A DNA stretch of 64,000 bases from Neophaeotheca triangularis (Eukaryota): the NCBI GenBank assembly GCA_054600435.1, contig BAAIJX010000025.1, positions 124,001-188,000 on the forward strand, in the 5' to 3' direction. Below are positions 45,286-56,917 of the stretch, in pieces. Both the position numbers and the translations under genes were made by a program. The number at the start of each line of letters is the position of its first letter. Within the stretch, counting starts at the first letter, position 1. Under the pieces are notes generated by a model, which did not search any database, had not been told where the DNA came from, and saw nothing but the letters and a program-made list of their open reading frames with translations.

Positions 45286-46917
45286 CTATGCCACAACACC
45301 TTCGGATCTCAGCTTTTCCACTTCCCCGTCGTCATAACCCAACAACGTCAAGACCTCCTGCGTGTGTTGCCCCAACGTAGGCGGCGCAGAACGTATACTC
45401 GGTTTTGCGTCTGAGTACTTGACCGGCGGGCTCACCAGCTTCATGGGTCCGCAAGATTCATGCTCGACTTCTGTCACCATATTTCGCGCCAGCACTACAT
45501 TGAAAGTCGTTAGCTTGCGGCTAAACCCTTCCGCCGAACTGACCAAACTTACCATGTTCATGTTGCAGAGTGCCCTGTACATCGTTGATCGCGGCATAAG
45601 GCATCCCGCTACCTTCCATCACATCAAGCCACTCCTGCGTAGTCTTCGTAACAGTCACCCCTTCCACAAGCTCCTCCAACTTGTCTCTGTGTTGCACCCG
45701 CTGGGCGTTGGTCACGAAGCGCTCATCGGTCACCCATTCCGGCTTCCCTAGCCTCTGGCATAAGACGCCGTACAAACGATCGTTACCACCGCCCAGCATG
45801 ATCGAGCCATCTTTCGTCTTGAACCCTTTGTAGGGTACAATGGAAGGATGCGCGGTGCCCCAGCGGCCAGAATCCGGCTTACCGCTGATCAAACACGAGG
45901 AAGCGATGTTGGCCAGCGTGGCGACTTGACAATCAGAGAGGGCGACATCTACGTGTTGACCTTTGCCTGTTCGAGCTCGTCCGATCAATGATGCCATGAC
46001 TGCATTGCTTGTGTATAGTCCAGTCGTCAGATCTGTGACTGCGACTCCAACTTTGGCTGGCGGACCGTCTCGATGGCCGGTGATGTGCATAAGACCCATT
46101 TCGCTGTGCTGATGTTAGTAGGGAGGGTGTCGAGGAGGACTTGGTGTGAATTGACGTACGCTTCGACCATAACATCGTAACCGGCACGATTGCTGTAGGG
46201 GCCGGTCTGTCCGTAGCCAGTAATGCTGGCGTAAATCAATCCCGGGTTGATCTTGGAGAGGGTCTCGTAATCCATTCTGTACTTTTGAAGAGCTCCGGGC
46301 AGATAATTCTCCACGAGGACATCGCATTCTTTTGCGAGCTTGTGAAGAATCTCGACACCGGATGGGTTCTGGAAAGAAAGTCCAATCGATTTCTTGTTCC
46401 GGTTGACCTGCCCATCGGTTAGTGGCCAATGCCATTGTGATGCCTTCGACAAGCACTCACTGAGAGAAAGTAGGCACTCTCTCCTGGGCCCTGCTTGCCA
46501 CTATCGTCGGTATAGGTAGCATAGGGAGGACCCCAGGCTCTAGTGTCGTCTCCTCTGATTGGATGTTCGATCTTGATGACTTCGGCTCTAGATGGATCGA
46601 TTCAGTATAGACTGTGCAACAAAGCCTTGGTCGAGGCGTACGAAAGTAGGCTTCAAACCTACCCTAGGTCACCAAGCATTTGTGTGCAGTATGGCTGCCG
46701 GGTATCAACGAATGATCAAATACTTATGCCACGATCGTCCACTCACTCCCGCAAGAACCCTTGTCATATCCAAAACTTTGATACCGGCCAGTGGCAGTCC
46801 ATCAGTGTTGCTGGCGGCTGGTGTTGCGAGACATCGTCTCGAGCTTGCCCATGGACCATTGACATGCCTGATGTTTGCTCGCCGACTAATCGAACGAAAC
46901 GGCCTAAAGACCGACAT
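45286..46917 (-). CDS. Mitochondrial CoA-transferase family III (CaiB/BaiF, SUGCT-like)
   Basis: Presequence [13 protein letters not shown], then [47 protein letters not shown] and PPTLGQHT across about six exons with canonical introns. Confidence 0.93.
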
Positions 46918-47153
46918 GATGAGGCTCACTATCTTGCGACATTCGTTGATGAGGTGCAGTAAATACTGACCGCGATCGAAGAGAGAGACGGGAGCTAAAG
47001 TGTGGTTAGACTCGACTCCCTCGGCTCCCCGAAATCGGCTTTGCTGACCGAGGTGGGCTAGGTGGGATGAATCGAACACTTTTTGCTGCAACCAACGTCC
47101 ATTTCAAGACTTTCACTATATTCCAGCCAAAACCCCCCCCAAATCTCCTCATC

Positions 47154-47948
47154 ATGTTCACAGGAATCGTCGAGACCATAGGCAGTACGTCGCTCGCGCC
47201 TGCAAGCCCACAGCCCCGGGTGAGGGCCATCCACGCACACATCGCTGACGACCGGTGAAACCCAGTCGTCTCGAACCTCGTGCAACACGATGCCAGCAGC
47301 TCCGGCGGCGGCGGCACCTCCCTTACCATCTCCGACTGCGCGGAAATCCTCACCGACGCCAACCTCGGCGACAGCATCAGCATCAACGGCACCTGCCTGA
47401 CCGTCACCGAGTTCACCAAGAGCGAGTTCAAAGTCGGCGTCTCGCCGGAGACACTGCGCCGCACGAACCTGGGGAGTTTGAAACAGAACAGTGGAGTTAA
47501 TCTTGAGAGAGCGGTCAGCGCGAGCACGCGGATGGGAGGGCATTTTGTGCAGGGGCATGTCGATACTGTTGCTGAGATTGCCGAGACGAGACAGGATGGG
47601 AATGCTGTGACTTTCCGCTTGAAGCCAAGGGACACGAGTGTGCTGCGGTATGTGGTTGAGAAGGGCTACGTAACGCTGGATGGGGCGAGCTTGACGGTGA
47701 CGGCCGTGGATGATGCCGAGGGCTGGTGGGAGGTTATGCTTATTGCGTACACGCAGGAGAAGGTTGTGATGGGTGGGAAGCAGCAGGGCGAAGATGTCAA
47801 TGTTGAAGTGGATATGGTTGGCAAGTATGTGGAGAAGAGTGTTGCTGGGTACTTTGAGGGGGCGGCTGGTAGTGGTGGTGCTATGCTGGAGAAGATGGTG
47901 AGCAGGATAGTGGACGAGAAGCTCAACAATAGTAGCAGTACACGGTGA
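47154..47948 (+). CDS. RIB5: Riboflavin synthase
   Basis: MFTGIVE N-terminus, intron 47185-47265, GDSISINGTCLTV, GGHFVQGHVD, KGYVTLDGASLTV, VNVEVD. Confidence 0.97.
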
Positions 47949-48251
47949 TACATTGGCTACTTTGCTGCTTTTCCTCATTATTTGGTCTTTTCGAAGTGTA
48001 TGACCAGCCGTCTCTGTGCGGCCCACTGCAGCTTCTCTTCATGATGTCGATCCACCTAGAAGGGGACCACCGATTGTCTCTGTCCCGCCATATAACGCAA
48101 GCATGCCTCAGACCCGAAAAACAGGGGCAATCACCTCTTCAATCATCCTCAGCTCCAACTCAAACGTTTCTAACCGGAAGCTTAAGGGATGTTAGTCAAT
48201 GTGTTGCCAACGCCTATGCCCTGGACCCTCGCCGCGCCTCGCCTGGTAGTC

Positions 48252-50666
48252 TCAATACTCTTCCTCAAAACCCGGATCGTCACCCATGAGCCCACCAGCA
48301 ACGCTTACCGCAGTCTCCCAATCCTCGTTCTCTTCTGCCATACCGCCGTCACTGTTACCCTCAGACACGTATTCTTCTTCATTCTCCATCTCCTCATCCT
48401 CCTGTCCAGCTTCTTCCTCATTATGCTCACCACCTGCCGCAGCCTGTTCCTGTGTTGGTGCTGGTGTGGGTTGAGCACCGTCCGGTGCAGCGGAGCCACG
48501 CTCGCCAGGCTTTTTGGAGGTAGCTGGATCGATACGTGCTGGGGTGCCCGCGCGACTGCTTGCGGCTTCTGACACGCTGCGTTGTGACGAGGGCCCACGT
48601 TTGCCATAAGTGCCAAGCAGCGTGTCGTAATCGAGGTACCGGGAGAAGTTTGAGCCTACGTGCTTCTTGAGCATAGCGTTGTTCGCATCTGCCGCCGACT
48701 CGATTGGTGTTCCAGCTTCACCGGCTTCTTGTAGCAGCGTGCCGTCTCCGGCCTTGCCTCTCTTCTTGCGTTTTCCGCCCTTGCGCTTCTTGTCTGGGCC
48801 GTCGGTCTTCTGAATCTGAGCCTTCAAGGCCTTTTCATACTGTGTGCGTAGCCAGTCCTCGTTGTTGGCGACCCAAATCTTCTCCTTGAATTGCACTTCC
48901 TCTGGACCCAGGAGGCAGTTTCGAACTTCGGGGTCATTCTCAAACTCCGCCTCCAGCTGTTCGGCAGTGATACTCTCCACAGGCGGCGGTTGCCCGTCCT
49001 CGTATTCTTCGGTTGGTGTTTCCTTCCACCAATCGATGCCTGCCTCTTGACGCCGAGCCTTGGTAGCTTCCGCTCCTCGTGCTCGCTCTTCTTTACTCTT
49101 CAGCTTAGCTGCTTCGCTCGCCTTTGCCACCTCTTGCTCTGAGGCCGCTTGAGTGATGTCGTTGTCTGAGAGCAATCTTTGAACCTCGTTCTCGAATTGT
49201 TCAATAGAGATGAGATCGTCCTCTGTTATTTGTGGTGCCGGAGGCGCTTCGTCCTTTCTTGGTCGACCGCGCTTTCGTTTAGGTGGATCATCCTCAGCCG
49301 TCGGCGGTGGATCGGCTGACTGGCTGCGTCTGGGTGCTTGTGCTTCGTCTCCGCCGGTAAGAGCCGGATCGATGGATGAGGCGGGAATGTTGGGAATTGC
49401 GAAGCCATCGTCGTCGACTCGCAACGGGTCCTGGCTTGATGCTGTCGGCCCATGGCAGGTATTTGCATCGGTTGCTGCCGGGCTCTTCTTTGTTCGCTTA
49501 TTGGCGGGTTGTTGGCTGGCTTGTTGGGATGGATCAGGAGTAGGCAAAGCCCCTGAAGCAACCGGAGATGATCTCTGAGACCCATTGGCGGAAATCGTAA
49601 CCGCTCCATCTTCTGCCTCTGCAGCCTGACGTTTGCGCTTGAGCCTTTCAAGCTTCTCGTGGCGTTCGTCGGCAGCTGTCATCGAGGGCGGGTCCATTGT
49701 CTTCTTGAGCCGAGGACCCTTGTCTCTGAACTGATTTGCGGAAAGCGCCGCGGCTGGAGTAAGCTTGAACTCGTCCATACGCGCAGTAACGGTGACGTCG
49801 GCGACCTTGACCACGTAGACAACTTCCCGAACCGATCGCCGCAATCCGTTCATGCGAGCGGCAAGCACAATGCAAGCACCGCATACACCGGCAGGGTGGC
49901 GACCTGGGACGATCCAGTCACGTTTCATCCTCTGGAGAATCTTGATGGCGTCACTGGCAATGCGCATGGTGGTATCGCCAAATTCCAGCTTCTTGCAAAA
50001 CTTGAGGATAAGAGGCTCGACCTGGATGATTGCTTGATCGCTAACAGGTTGTTCCGCGAGGAAAAGTGCTTTGACTAGCGCCTTGTAGACCTCACCCAGA
50101 CGAAAGACGTTGACCTTGACGAGCTCCGCAATATCCATGAGTAGCACCGTATTCTCACTGTCAGTGCGGCAAGCAGCATAGAGGCACGCAGCAATGACCT
50201 CCTCAGTTTTGCGGCCAGTACCAAAGCCTAGCGAGGCGGCCAAGTTCCAGTTGGTTCTAGCAATATTTACAAGCCTTTCCGGGATGCGTAAACGAGGACA
50301 GATTTTGGCGAGTTCTTCGCGACCTTTGCTGTCGATTGCAGCTTGGTTGTTGTGCTCGCCACCACCAAGTCTGCGGCCAGCGGCGCCCATGGTGTGAGCA
50401 TGGCGTGCATTTTCCGAGATGAAACCTCCTTGAACGGCTGCCGCTCCTCTGGAATCTTCCTGAAAGGTCACATCGGAGACGATGTTACTGACGGCTTGAA
50501 TAACTTCACCACAGTTTTTGCAATATCTCTCGCCTTCGTCGTTGGTCTCGTGGTCTGGCTCGTCACAACATTTTTGGGACTGTGCAGGTGGCGGTTTGGG
50601 TTTGGCTCTATTCGGCGGTCTACCACCATTCTTGTTGAGACTGGCCAACTTGCGTGGAGGAGGCAT
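48252..50666 (-). CDS. BRF1: TFIIIB subunit Brf1
   Basis: Zn ribbon CKNCG, IVSDVTFQE, cyclin folds (AACLYAACR; GRHPAGVCGACIVLAARM) and Brf1 homology block LLGPEEVQFKEKIWVANNEDWL. Confidence 0.93.
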   Translation of the reverse strand: MPPPRKLASLNKNGGRPPNRAKPKPPPAQSQKCCDEPDHETNDEGERYCKNCGEVIQAVSNIVSDVTFQEDSRGAAAVQGGFISENARHAHTMGAAGRRLGGGEHNNQAAIDSKGREELAKICPRLRIPERLVNIARTNWNLAASLGFGTGRKTEEVIAACLYAACRTDSENTVLLMDIAELVKVNVFRLGEVYKALVKALFLAEQPVSDQAIIQVEPLILKFCKKLEFGDTTMRIASDAIKILQRMKRDWIVPGRHPAGVCGACIVLAARMNGLRRSVREVVYVVKVADVTVTARMDEFKLTPAAALSANQFRDKGPRLKKTMDPPSMTAADERHEKLERLKRKRQAAEAEDGAVTISANGSQRSSPVASGALPTPDPSQQASQQPANKRTKKSPAATDANTCHGPTASSQDPLRVDDDGFAIPNIPASSIDPALTGGDEAQAPRRSQSADPPPTAEDDPPKRKRGRPRKDEAPPAPQITEDDLISIEQFENEVQRLLSDNDITQAASEQEVAKASEAAKLKSKEERARGAEATKARRQEAGIDWWKETPTEEYEDGQPPPVESITAEQLEAEFENDPEVRNCLLGPEEVQFKEKIWVANNEDWLRTQYEKALKAQIQKTDGPDKKRKGGKRKKRGKAGDGTLLQEAGEAGTPIESAADANNAMLKKHVGSNFSRYLDYDTLLGTYGKRGPSSQRSVSEAASSRAGTPARIDPATSKKPGERGSAAPDGAQPTPAPTQEQAAAGGEHNEEEAGQEDEEMENEEEYVSEGNSDGGMAEENEDWETAVSVAGGLMGDDPGFEEEY

Positions 50667-51651
50667 GGTGAGGTGGATCAGGGGCTGACAAGGGATGAAT
50701 TAAATCACCAATCTGCTGCGATGCAGTGGTTTCTTCTTACAGGTGTTAGTGAAGGGGAGTTTTTGGAAATAGTACAACTTGACTCGCCTTCTTTTCACTG
50801 GAATTCACATTTGCGACGATACTGGACTAGTTGTGTGGGTACTTAAGGTGCTTCCAATGCCGTATGGAGCGAGCCGATTAAAGCGATTGTGTCCCTGGCC
50901 CGTAGCAGATGTAGGTGGAGTACTGTATGGCAAATGTGGTGAAGTTTGAAGTTGTCTGTGCGACTAGGTGAAGTTTGGTATGATGACTCAGGGTTTTCGA
51001 AAGTCTTGGCAAACCGCAAAAGTGAGAATCCGGAGCATCTGGCTTACTCGCTCCGCTCTTCGGCTCCGTGTCCATTGGGCGGGGTACCTAGTGAATTATT
51101 AGGGCCTCGACTGGAACATGCCCGCGTTCGATTCCCGCCCGCATTGAACAGAATTTTGCCCCAAAAAGTAGTCTTTGCAAAATCGAATCAGAATATTTTC
51201 CCGAGGTAGACCGTTGCAAGTCTAAATGTCGAATTGACTGTGTATGCTTTTTCAGTTGGTCTCGGGGCTTGCTGATGCATCAATGGAGGATATTGCATCG
51301 AGTCCCCAACGGGGTAGCAAAACGCAGCAAGGGAGGTAGCTTGTCTGCAATATGTTGCCTAGAAACTACCTAGGTATGCTGCAATCGAACTTCAAACTAC
51401 GAGAAGAAAGGTGAGAAATGTCGTTCTAGGAGGTGATAAGACTCGAAAATCGTGTTTGATGGCCGAGAACTTTCCTTTCAATCGATTTCGTTCACGTTCT
51501 AAAGCAGCAACAAGCTGTAGGAGAGGTGGGCGAGACGAGTTGACGAATCGCAGGTAATGTGTTGGTGAGACCGAGTACATCATATCAGCCAGAACAGCTG
51601 CGCTACTATTATCAAATTACAAGCCACCTTATCGTAAACAGAACATTTGGT

Positions 51652-52336
51652 CTATTTGCCATCCTCCAGATCATCGACCTCCTTGAGATCGTCCTCCTTG
51701 GGTACCTCTGCCGCTTTGGAACGCTTAGCAGCAGCAGCAGGTCCGCCCTTGGTGGCAGTTTCATCGGCGTCCTCGTCGTCTTGTTCATCGTCCTTTTGGT
51801 CGTCGGCGCCCTCTTCATCGTCATCTTCTAGCTCAGCCGCCTCGACCTCGTCTTCATCCTCAACCTCTTGCTCCTCGTCATCGGCAACCTCCTTGGGTTC
51901 GTCGGTCTTGCGCGACTTCTTCGGGGCTACAGTTTTCGCACGTCAGCAAGGTCGGCGGGCAGCAGACATCTACATGTGGGCGTAACTTACGCGGCGCCTG
52001 AACTTCTTCGTCGTCGGAGGCGTCCGATGCATCGGAGCCTTCTTCGTTTTCGCTCACATATCTGTCGGAGCAATCACGCGTTAGCGACTCTTTGCCATTG
52101 AACGCGCGCGATGCGTCGAATGACTGCGACGGTCGTTCACTCTCATTAAAGTGATAGAGCAATCGCATTGAGTGCGCGATTCAAGCAATACCAATGGTCT
52201 CGTGATGCGACAATGGGTTGAAACAGCTGAGAGGGAACTGGAAGTCTTACTCTTCTTCCTCGTCACTGCCTTCCTCTGGGAGAGATTGGAGTTCTTCCTC
52301 CTCCTCGGCCTCAGCTTTTCTCTTGCGAGTAGACAT
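51652..52336 (-). CDS. Small highly acidic protein with basic NLS-like patches (3 exons)
   Basis: Exons 52336-52251, 52061-51991, 51926-51652: MSTRKRKAEAEEEEELQSLPEEGSDEEEE-YVSENEEG...QAP-PPKKSRKTDEPKEV...LEDGK*. Confidence 0.8.
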
Positions 52337-52952
52337 GGTCGAATTTTGTTTGGTTGAGTGGATTGGGATTGCGATGACAAAATCGAATGGGAGATGGAAA
52401 GAGAGAAGTGGAGGAGAGGTCAGGGAAGGAGGGAGGTGATGGGCATGAATGCGATGCGATGGCTGGGAGCTGGCATCCAGCACCGAAGTACAGCGTCAGC
52501 GGGCAGAAGCTTGGGCCTGTGATGTCAACCAAGGGACTCCCGTCGACGCGAAATCCATATCAACACGTGCATTTTATCGCTACCTTGGAGTAATCTTCGT
52601 TCGATGCTGTAGCAGCTTGGATGGACGTTGTCCGGCCCTGGGCTATGAAGATAGATAATGTTGAGCTGGCTGTATTGCCTATTGTATTACCTTATACGTA
52701 AAGGAAGGTGTTCGTACCCGGTCGCTGCTGCAGCATGTGAAAGACGGTTAGGACTAGGCTAGGTACTCAAGTGGACGCCGATGCGCGTCCCGTCTTCCGT
52801 GACGGTGACGTTGGTTTGCCGCCTGCAGGTGGCTTCAATCAACCACAAACCCTTCAATCTCCCACGATCGAGCACTTGCGAAGCTTCACACACATCAGGA
52901 CCCTACGATGATATAGCAACAAGGACAGTAACTGAATCCCTCGACTGGTAGT

Positions 52953-55084
52953 ATGCGCGCCGCCTGGTGCTTCGGCCAAACTTGCCTTAGGTACGGGGGT
53001 GCAGCCCGACCTCAGGTCTTCCGACATGTCCAATACTCCCTCCATAGCGGCCGTGGTAGCAGAAGCTTCTCCTGGTTTCGTGCTGCCCGCTTTGGCTTCC
53101 GTAAGCCTCCGTCGCCAATCAAAGGGGGTACCTTTCTGGCCGCAGCTTTGACGCCCGCGGCTTTTGTCAAGATCAGCGAGGAACCTCGGGAAAATGGTCT
53201 TACTGGGGAGGAACAGATGCTTGAGGTATCTAGGGAGGAGATTGAGAATTATGTGCCCGAGTATCTGCGCTCTTCCAAGAAGTGGAGGGTAGGGATATGG
53301 AGATTTCTGGACACATATCTGATCGAACCCCTCGCTACGGCCTTTCGATTCCTCCATCTGTTGATCATTTTCGTGCCCGTAGTCGGTACGGTCCCTATCA
53401 TATGGCTGGGTAGTAAGCAACCCGACAAAGATAACGAGAGAAGCGGGACATTATGGTGGTATGGCTTCCTGGTATCTTCCATGGAAAGAGCAGGTGCGGC
53501 TTTCATCAAGCTCGGGCAATGGGCTGCTTCGAGATCAGACATCTTTCCTGCGGAGATGTGCAAGATTATGTCTTCCCTACACTCTGATGCGCCGGCACAC
53601 TCTTTGAAAGTCACCAAAGCTACGGTTGAAAAGGCCTTTGGCCGGAAGTTCGAGGACATTTTCGAAGAGTTCCAGGAGCAACCCCTTGGCGTAGGCGCCA
53701 TCGCACAGGTTTACAAGGCGAGACTGAAACCGGACTTGGCCGCATTCGACGAGGAGGGCGCCGACGAGCAGCAGACTTTGCGGGCTAGAGCTCGGAAAAC
53801 TATGGACACGGCCCTCAAGAGTACACCGCAACGAGTGCCCTCGAACTATGTTGCCATCAAAGTCCTCCATCCTCGAATCGAGCGCGTAGTGCGCCGCGAC
53901 TTGCGTATCATGGGCTTTTTCGCCGAGATCATCAACGCCATTCCCACCATGGAGTGGCTTAGCTTCCCGGACGAGGTTGGCCAGTTTGGCGAGATGATGC
54001 GACTGCAGCTCGACCTCCGGATCGAAGCAGCGAACCTGACCATCTTTCGCAAAAACTTCCGCGAACGAAGCACTGCTTGGTTCCCGTACCCTTATACGCA
54101 ATACACCACTCGGCAAGTCCTCGTGGAAGAATTCGCCCACGGCATACCGCTTGAGCATTTCCTAACCAACGGAGGCGGCGTCTTCCAAAAGGAGATTGCA
54201 GACGAAGGGCTCGATGCCTTTTTGCACATGCTGCTCATCGACAATTTCATACACGCAGATTTGCACCCAGGAAACATCATGGTCCGGTTTTACAAGCCCG
54301 CAAACTTTGAAATGTCCAACAAGATGCCGCACATGCCGGGGCGGACGCCTAAACCAGACGTCAAGAACAGCACCGACGTAACAGAAGAAGTCCTCGCACG
54401 CTTGCGCCCACACAAACACTCGAAAGCTGAATGGACCTCGACGCTCGAGGAAATCGACAAAGAAGGATTCAGACCACAGCTGATCTTTATCGATACTGGT
54501 CTGGTGACGGAGCTCAACGCAAGCAACCGCAAGAATTTCCTCGACCTCTTCAAAGCTGTTGCGGAATTCGACGGCTACAAGGCTGGCCATCTGATGGTGG
54601 AGCGATGTCGACAGCCAGACGCGGTAATCGATGGCGAAGTCTTTGCTTTGCGGATGCAACACCTTGTACTTGGCGTAAAGAGCAGGACATTCGCGCTTGG
54701 AAACATCAAGATTGGCGACATTCTCAACGAGGTCTTGAGTATGGTGCGAAACCATCACGTGCGTCTTGAGGGCGATTTCGTCAACGTGGTGCTTTCTATC
54801 CTGTTGCTAGAGGGTATTGGCCGCTCGCTGGATCCTGAGTTAGATCTGTTCTCTGGGTAAGTCCGCCCTTCTCACATACGCGCGTAATGGCCACTAACGT
54901 GCTCTACAGAGCCCTACCCATTCTCAGAGAACTGGGCGCGCAAAGCAGTGGTTCCATGCTTCGCTCGGGCGATCTTTCCATGGTCAAGGTCTGGGCTGGC
55001 CTAGAGGCTCGAAAGTTTTTGCAGGCCAGCATCGAGAGCGTCGAGCGATGCGTCAAATATGACCAGCTGAGCCCAAATATCTAG
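52953..55084 (+). CDS. Mitochondrial ABC1/UbiB atypical kinase (ADCK2/Cqd1-like)
   Basis: FIKLGQWAASRSDIFP (KxGQ motif), GVGAIAQVY, VAIKVLHP, IHADLHPGN, FIDTGL. Intron 54857-54909. Confidence 0.92.
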
Positions 55085-55474
55085 AGCGACTGTATTAAAG
55101 CATGTAGGATTTCTTTGAGGGATCACCGGGACATCGATATCAACTTTCTCGTTTGTAGGAAACATCGCAATCTTGTCCAGGATGAACGTGATTCGTGCTC
55201 CGATACTATGTCCCATTACTGCCCAGCCGCCCTTCAACCAGATTCGATCTCATCCCCAGGCCCGCTTGACCACTTTTCCCGATCCCAAAGGTAAACTAGA
55301 TGTACTGTAGGGACGCCGATCACTCAAGTGGTCGTTTTTCAAGGTTTTCCCGAGGAAACGAAGATATGCCAGCCTTACTAAAACCACAAAGCCGGCGCAG
55401 TGAACTTGCAACGAACCCTGATTAGGCAGCAGGTCTGAGACCGTACTAATGCTTTTTACTCGATAGCTCTCCAG

Positions 55475-56190
55475 ATGTGTGAGATTCGGGCATCCCGTTC
55501 CTGGTCTGGCGAAGTAATAGGAACAGCCTGTTCACACCGCACGATGGAAACCATAGAGTTGGAGGCAGATACGATGATCAGATGCGATGCTTGCTTCAAC
55601 CGGCTGCACCAGATATCACGGCAGGACGATGTTATAAGAGCCCGGACCAAAGCCTAGGGGCCTCTCATCCAACGTTCAAAGACCTCGTTTCAGAGTGGTC
55701 GACCATGTCTTCCCATGCTTCATCTGCCACAGGCAACTAAAATTCGACACCCATCACGCTCGCACCAAACACACGTGCCCACTGACATGGCCGGGCGAAA
55801 CTCCCGTCACAACCGCCACGGACCGTGCCACAACCGCCAGAGACCGTGCTACGCCTATTTGCAGCGCCTGCCATTGCGATCGGGACTGGGAGTAACAAAA
55901 AAAACCACATTATTTTTTTAAAAAAAAAAAGCCTGCCGGTGCGTAAAGGAGGCGATTGGGTTACTTATACTGTGCGGGATCCCAGCGGGAGCGGTTGGCC
56001 TTCGATGATCGTTCCCAAGACGGGTGTTGCTACGGTTGCCGAGGTGAAGTTGCCCAAGCTGGAAGGGTGGAAGTATTTTGAGAAGTCCAAGGACGAGCTA
56101 AGACGGGATGGACGGAGGGAGTCGGAGGTTGTTTATGCTGAGGAGATCAATGCGAGGAGGTATTGTGATATTGGAGAGCCGAAGGAGTAG
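55475..56190 (+). pseudogene. Disrupted or unusually spliced Cys-rich ORF
   Basis: Three consecutive fragments in different frames carry CxxC motifs (RCDAC, PCFIC, ICSAC), broken by TAG 55655, TAA 55893 and homopolymer runs. Confidence 0.35.
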
Positions 56191-56917
56191 AAGCCGCCGA
56201 GTGCTAGGCATCCTGAGGCGCAGGTTTCGCGGTCGTCTTGACTCGCAGGGGCTGCGTCTTGACGAGACGCTGGGTACTTTTTCCTTTCGCGGGTGATATT
56301 GGACCCAAATGGCTCCTGTGCATCTTGACACGAAAGAAAAGCGAGGAGGTTATGGCCGACGGTACAGCATTACTTAAGCTATTTGCTCATTCTCTCTCCT
56401 TCACAAGACCTTTCAAAAACGTCGTGCCAAAGTTGTCTGCACTGCCTGCCATCCTCACCAACCAGTGGTCAGTTCAGCAGGCGTGCCCTCGCCACGAATG
56501 CGGCGGAAATGACAGTCTCTTGAGAATCATAGAAACAAAGAAATTGCGAAGGCAGTCGCTATGCTGATGATGCCGCAACCCGTGCGAAAAGCGATCCTGT
56601 CGGGACGGACGCCTTACAAGGGGAGGCAGCTGGAGCAAAGGACTCTACATGGACATTCCTTCTCGCTCAAAGAGCCGAGATCGAAAAGCGCAACCCAGTC
56701 AGCCAAACACCAGGTTACTCCAGGAGACCCACAGTCTGTTAGTAAATGCTGAGGAGCGAATCAGTTCCGTGCGCCAGAAGTAGTGAGAGCGATATCTTTC
56801 AGTCTGTGGTTGGGTGTCGATGGTGCAATTTGGTGAGCTGAGTGGTTCCGTTCTTCTTTCTCTTTTTTCTTTCTGCTCTGAGCTGTATCAACTCTGCTCG
56901 CGGTGGAATGCATTTAA

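Noticed and set aside
51077..51145. Functional tRNA gene
   Set aside because: The T-stem does not pair, and there is no convincing D arm, anticodon arm or poly-T terminator. Kept only as a B-box-like finding.
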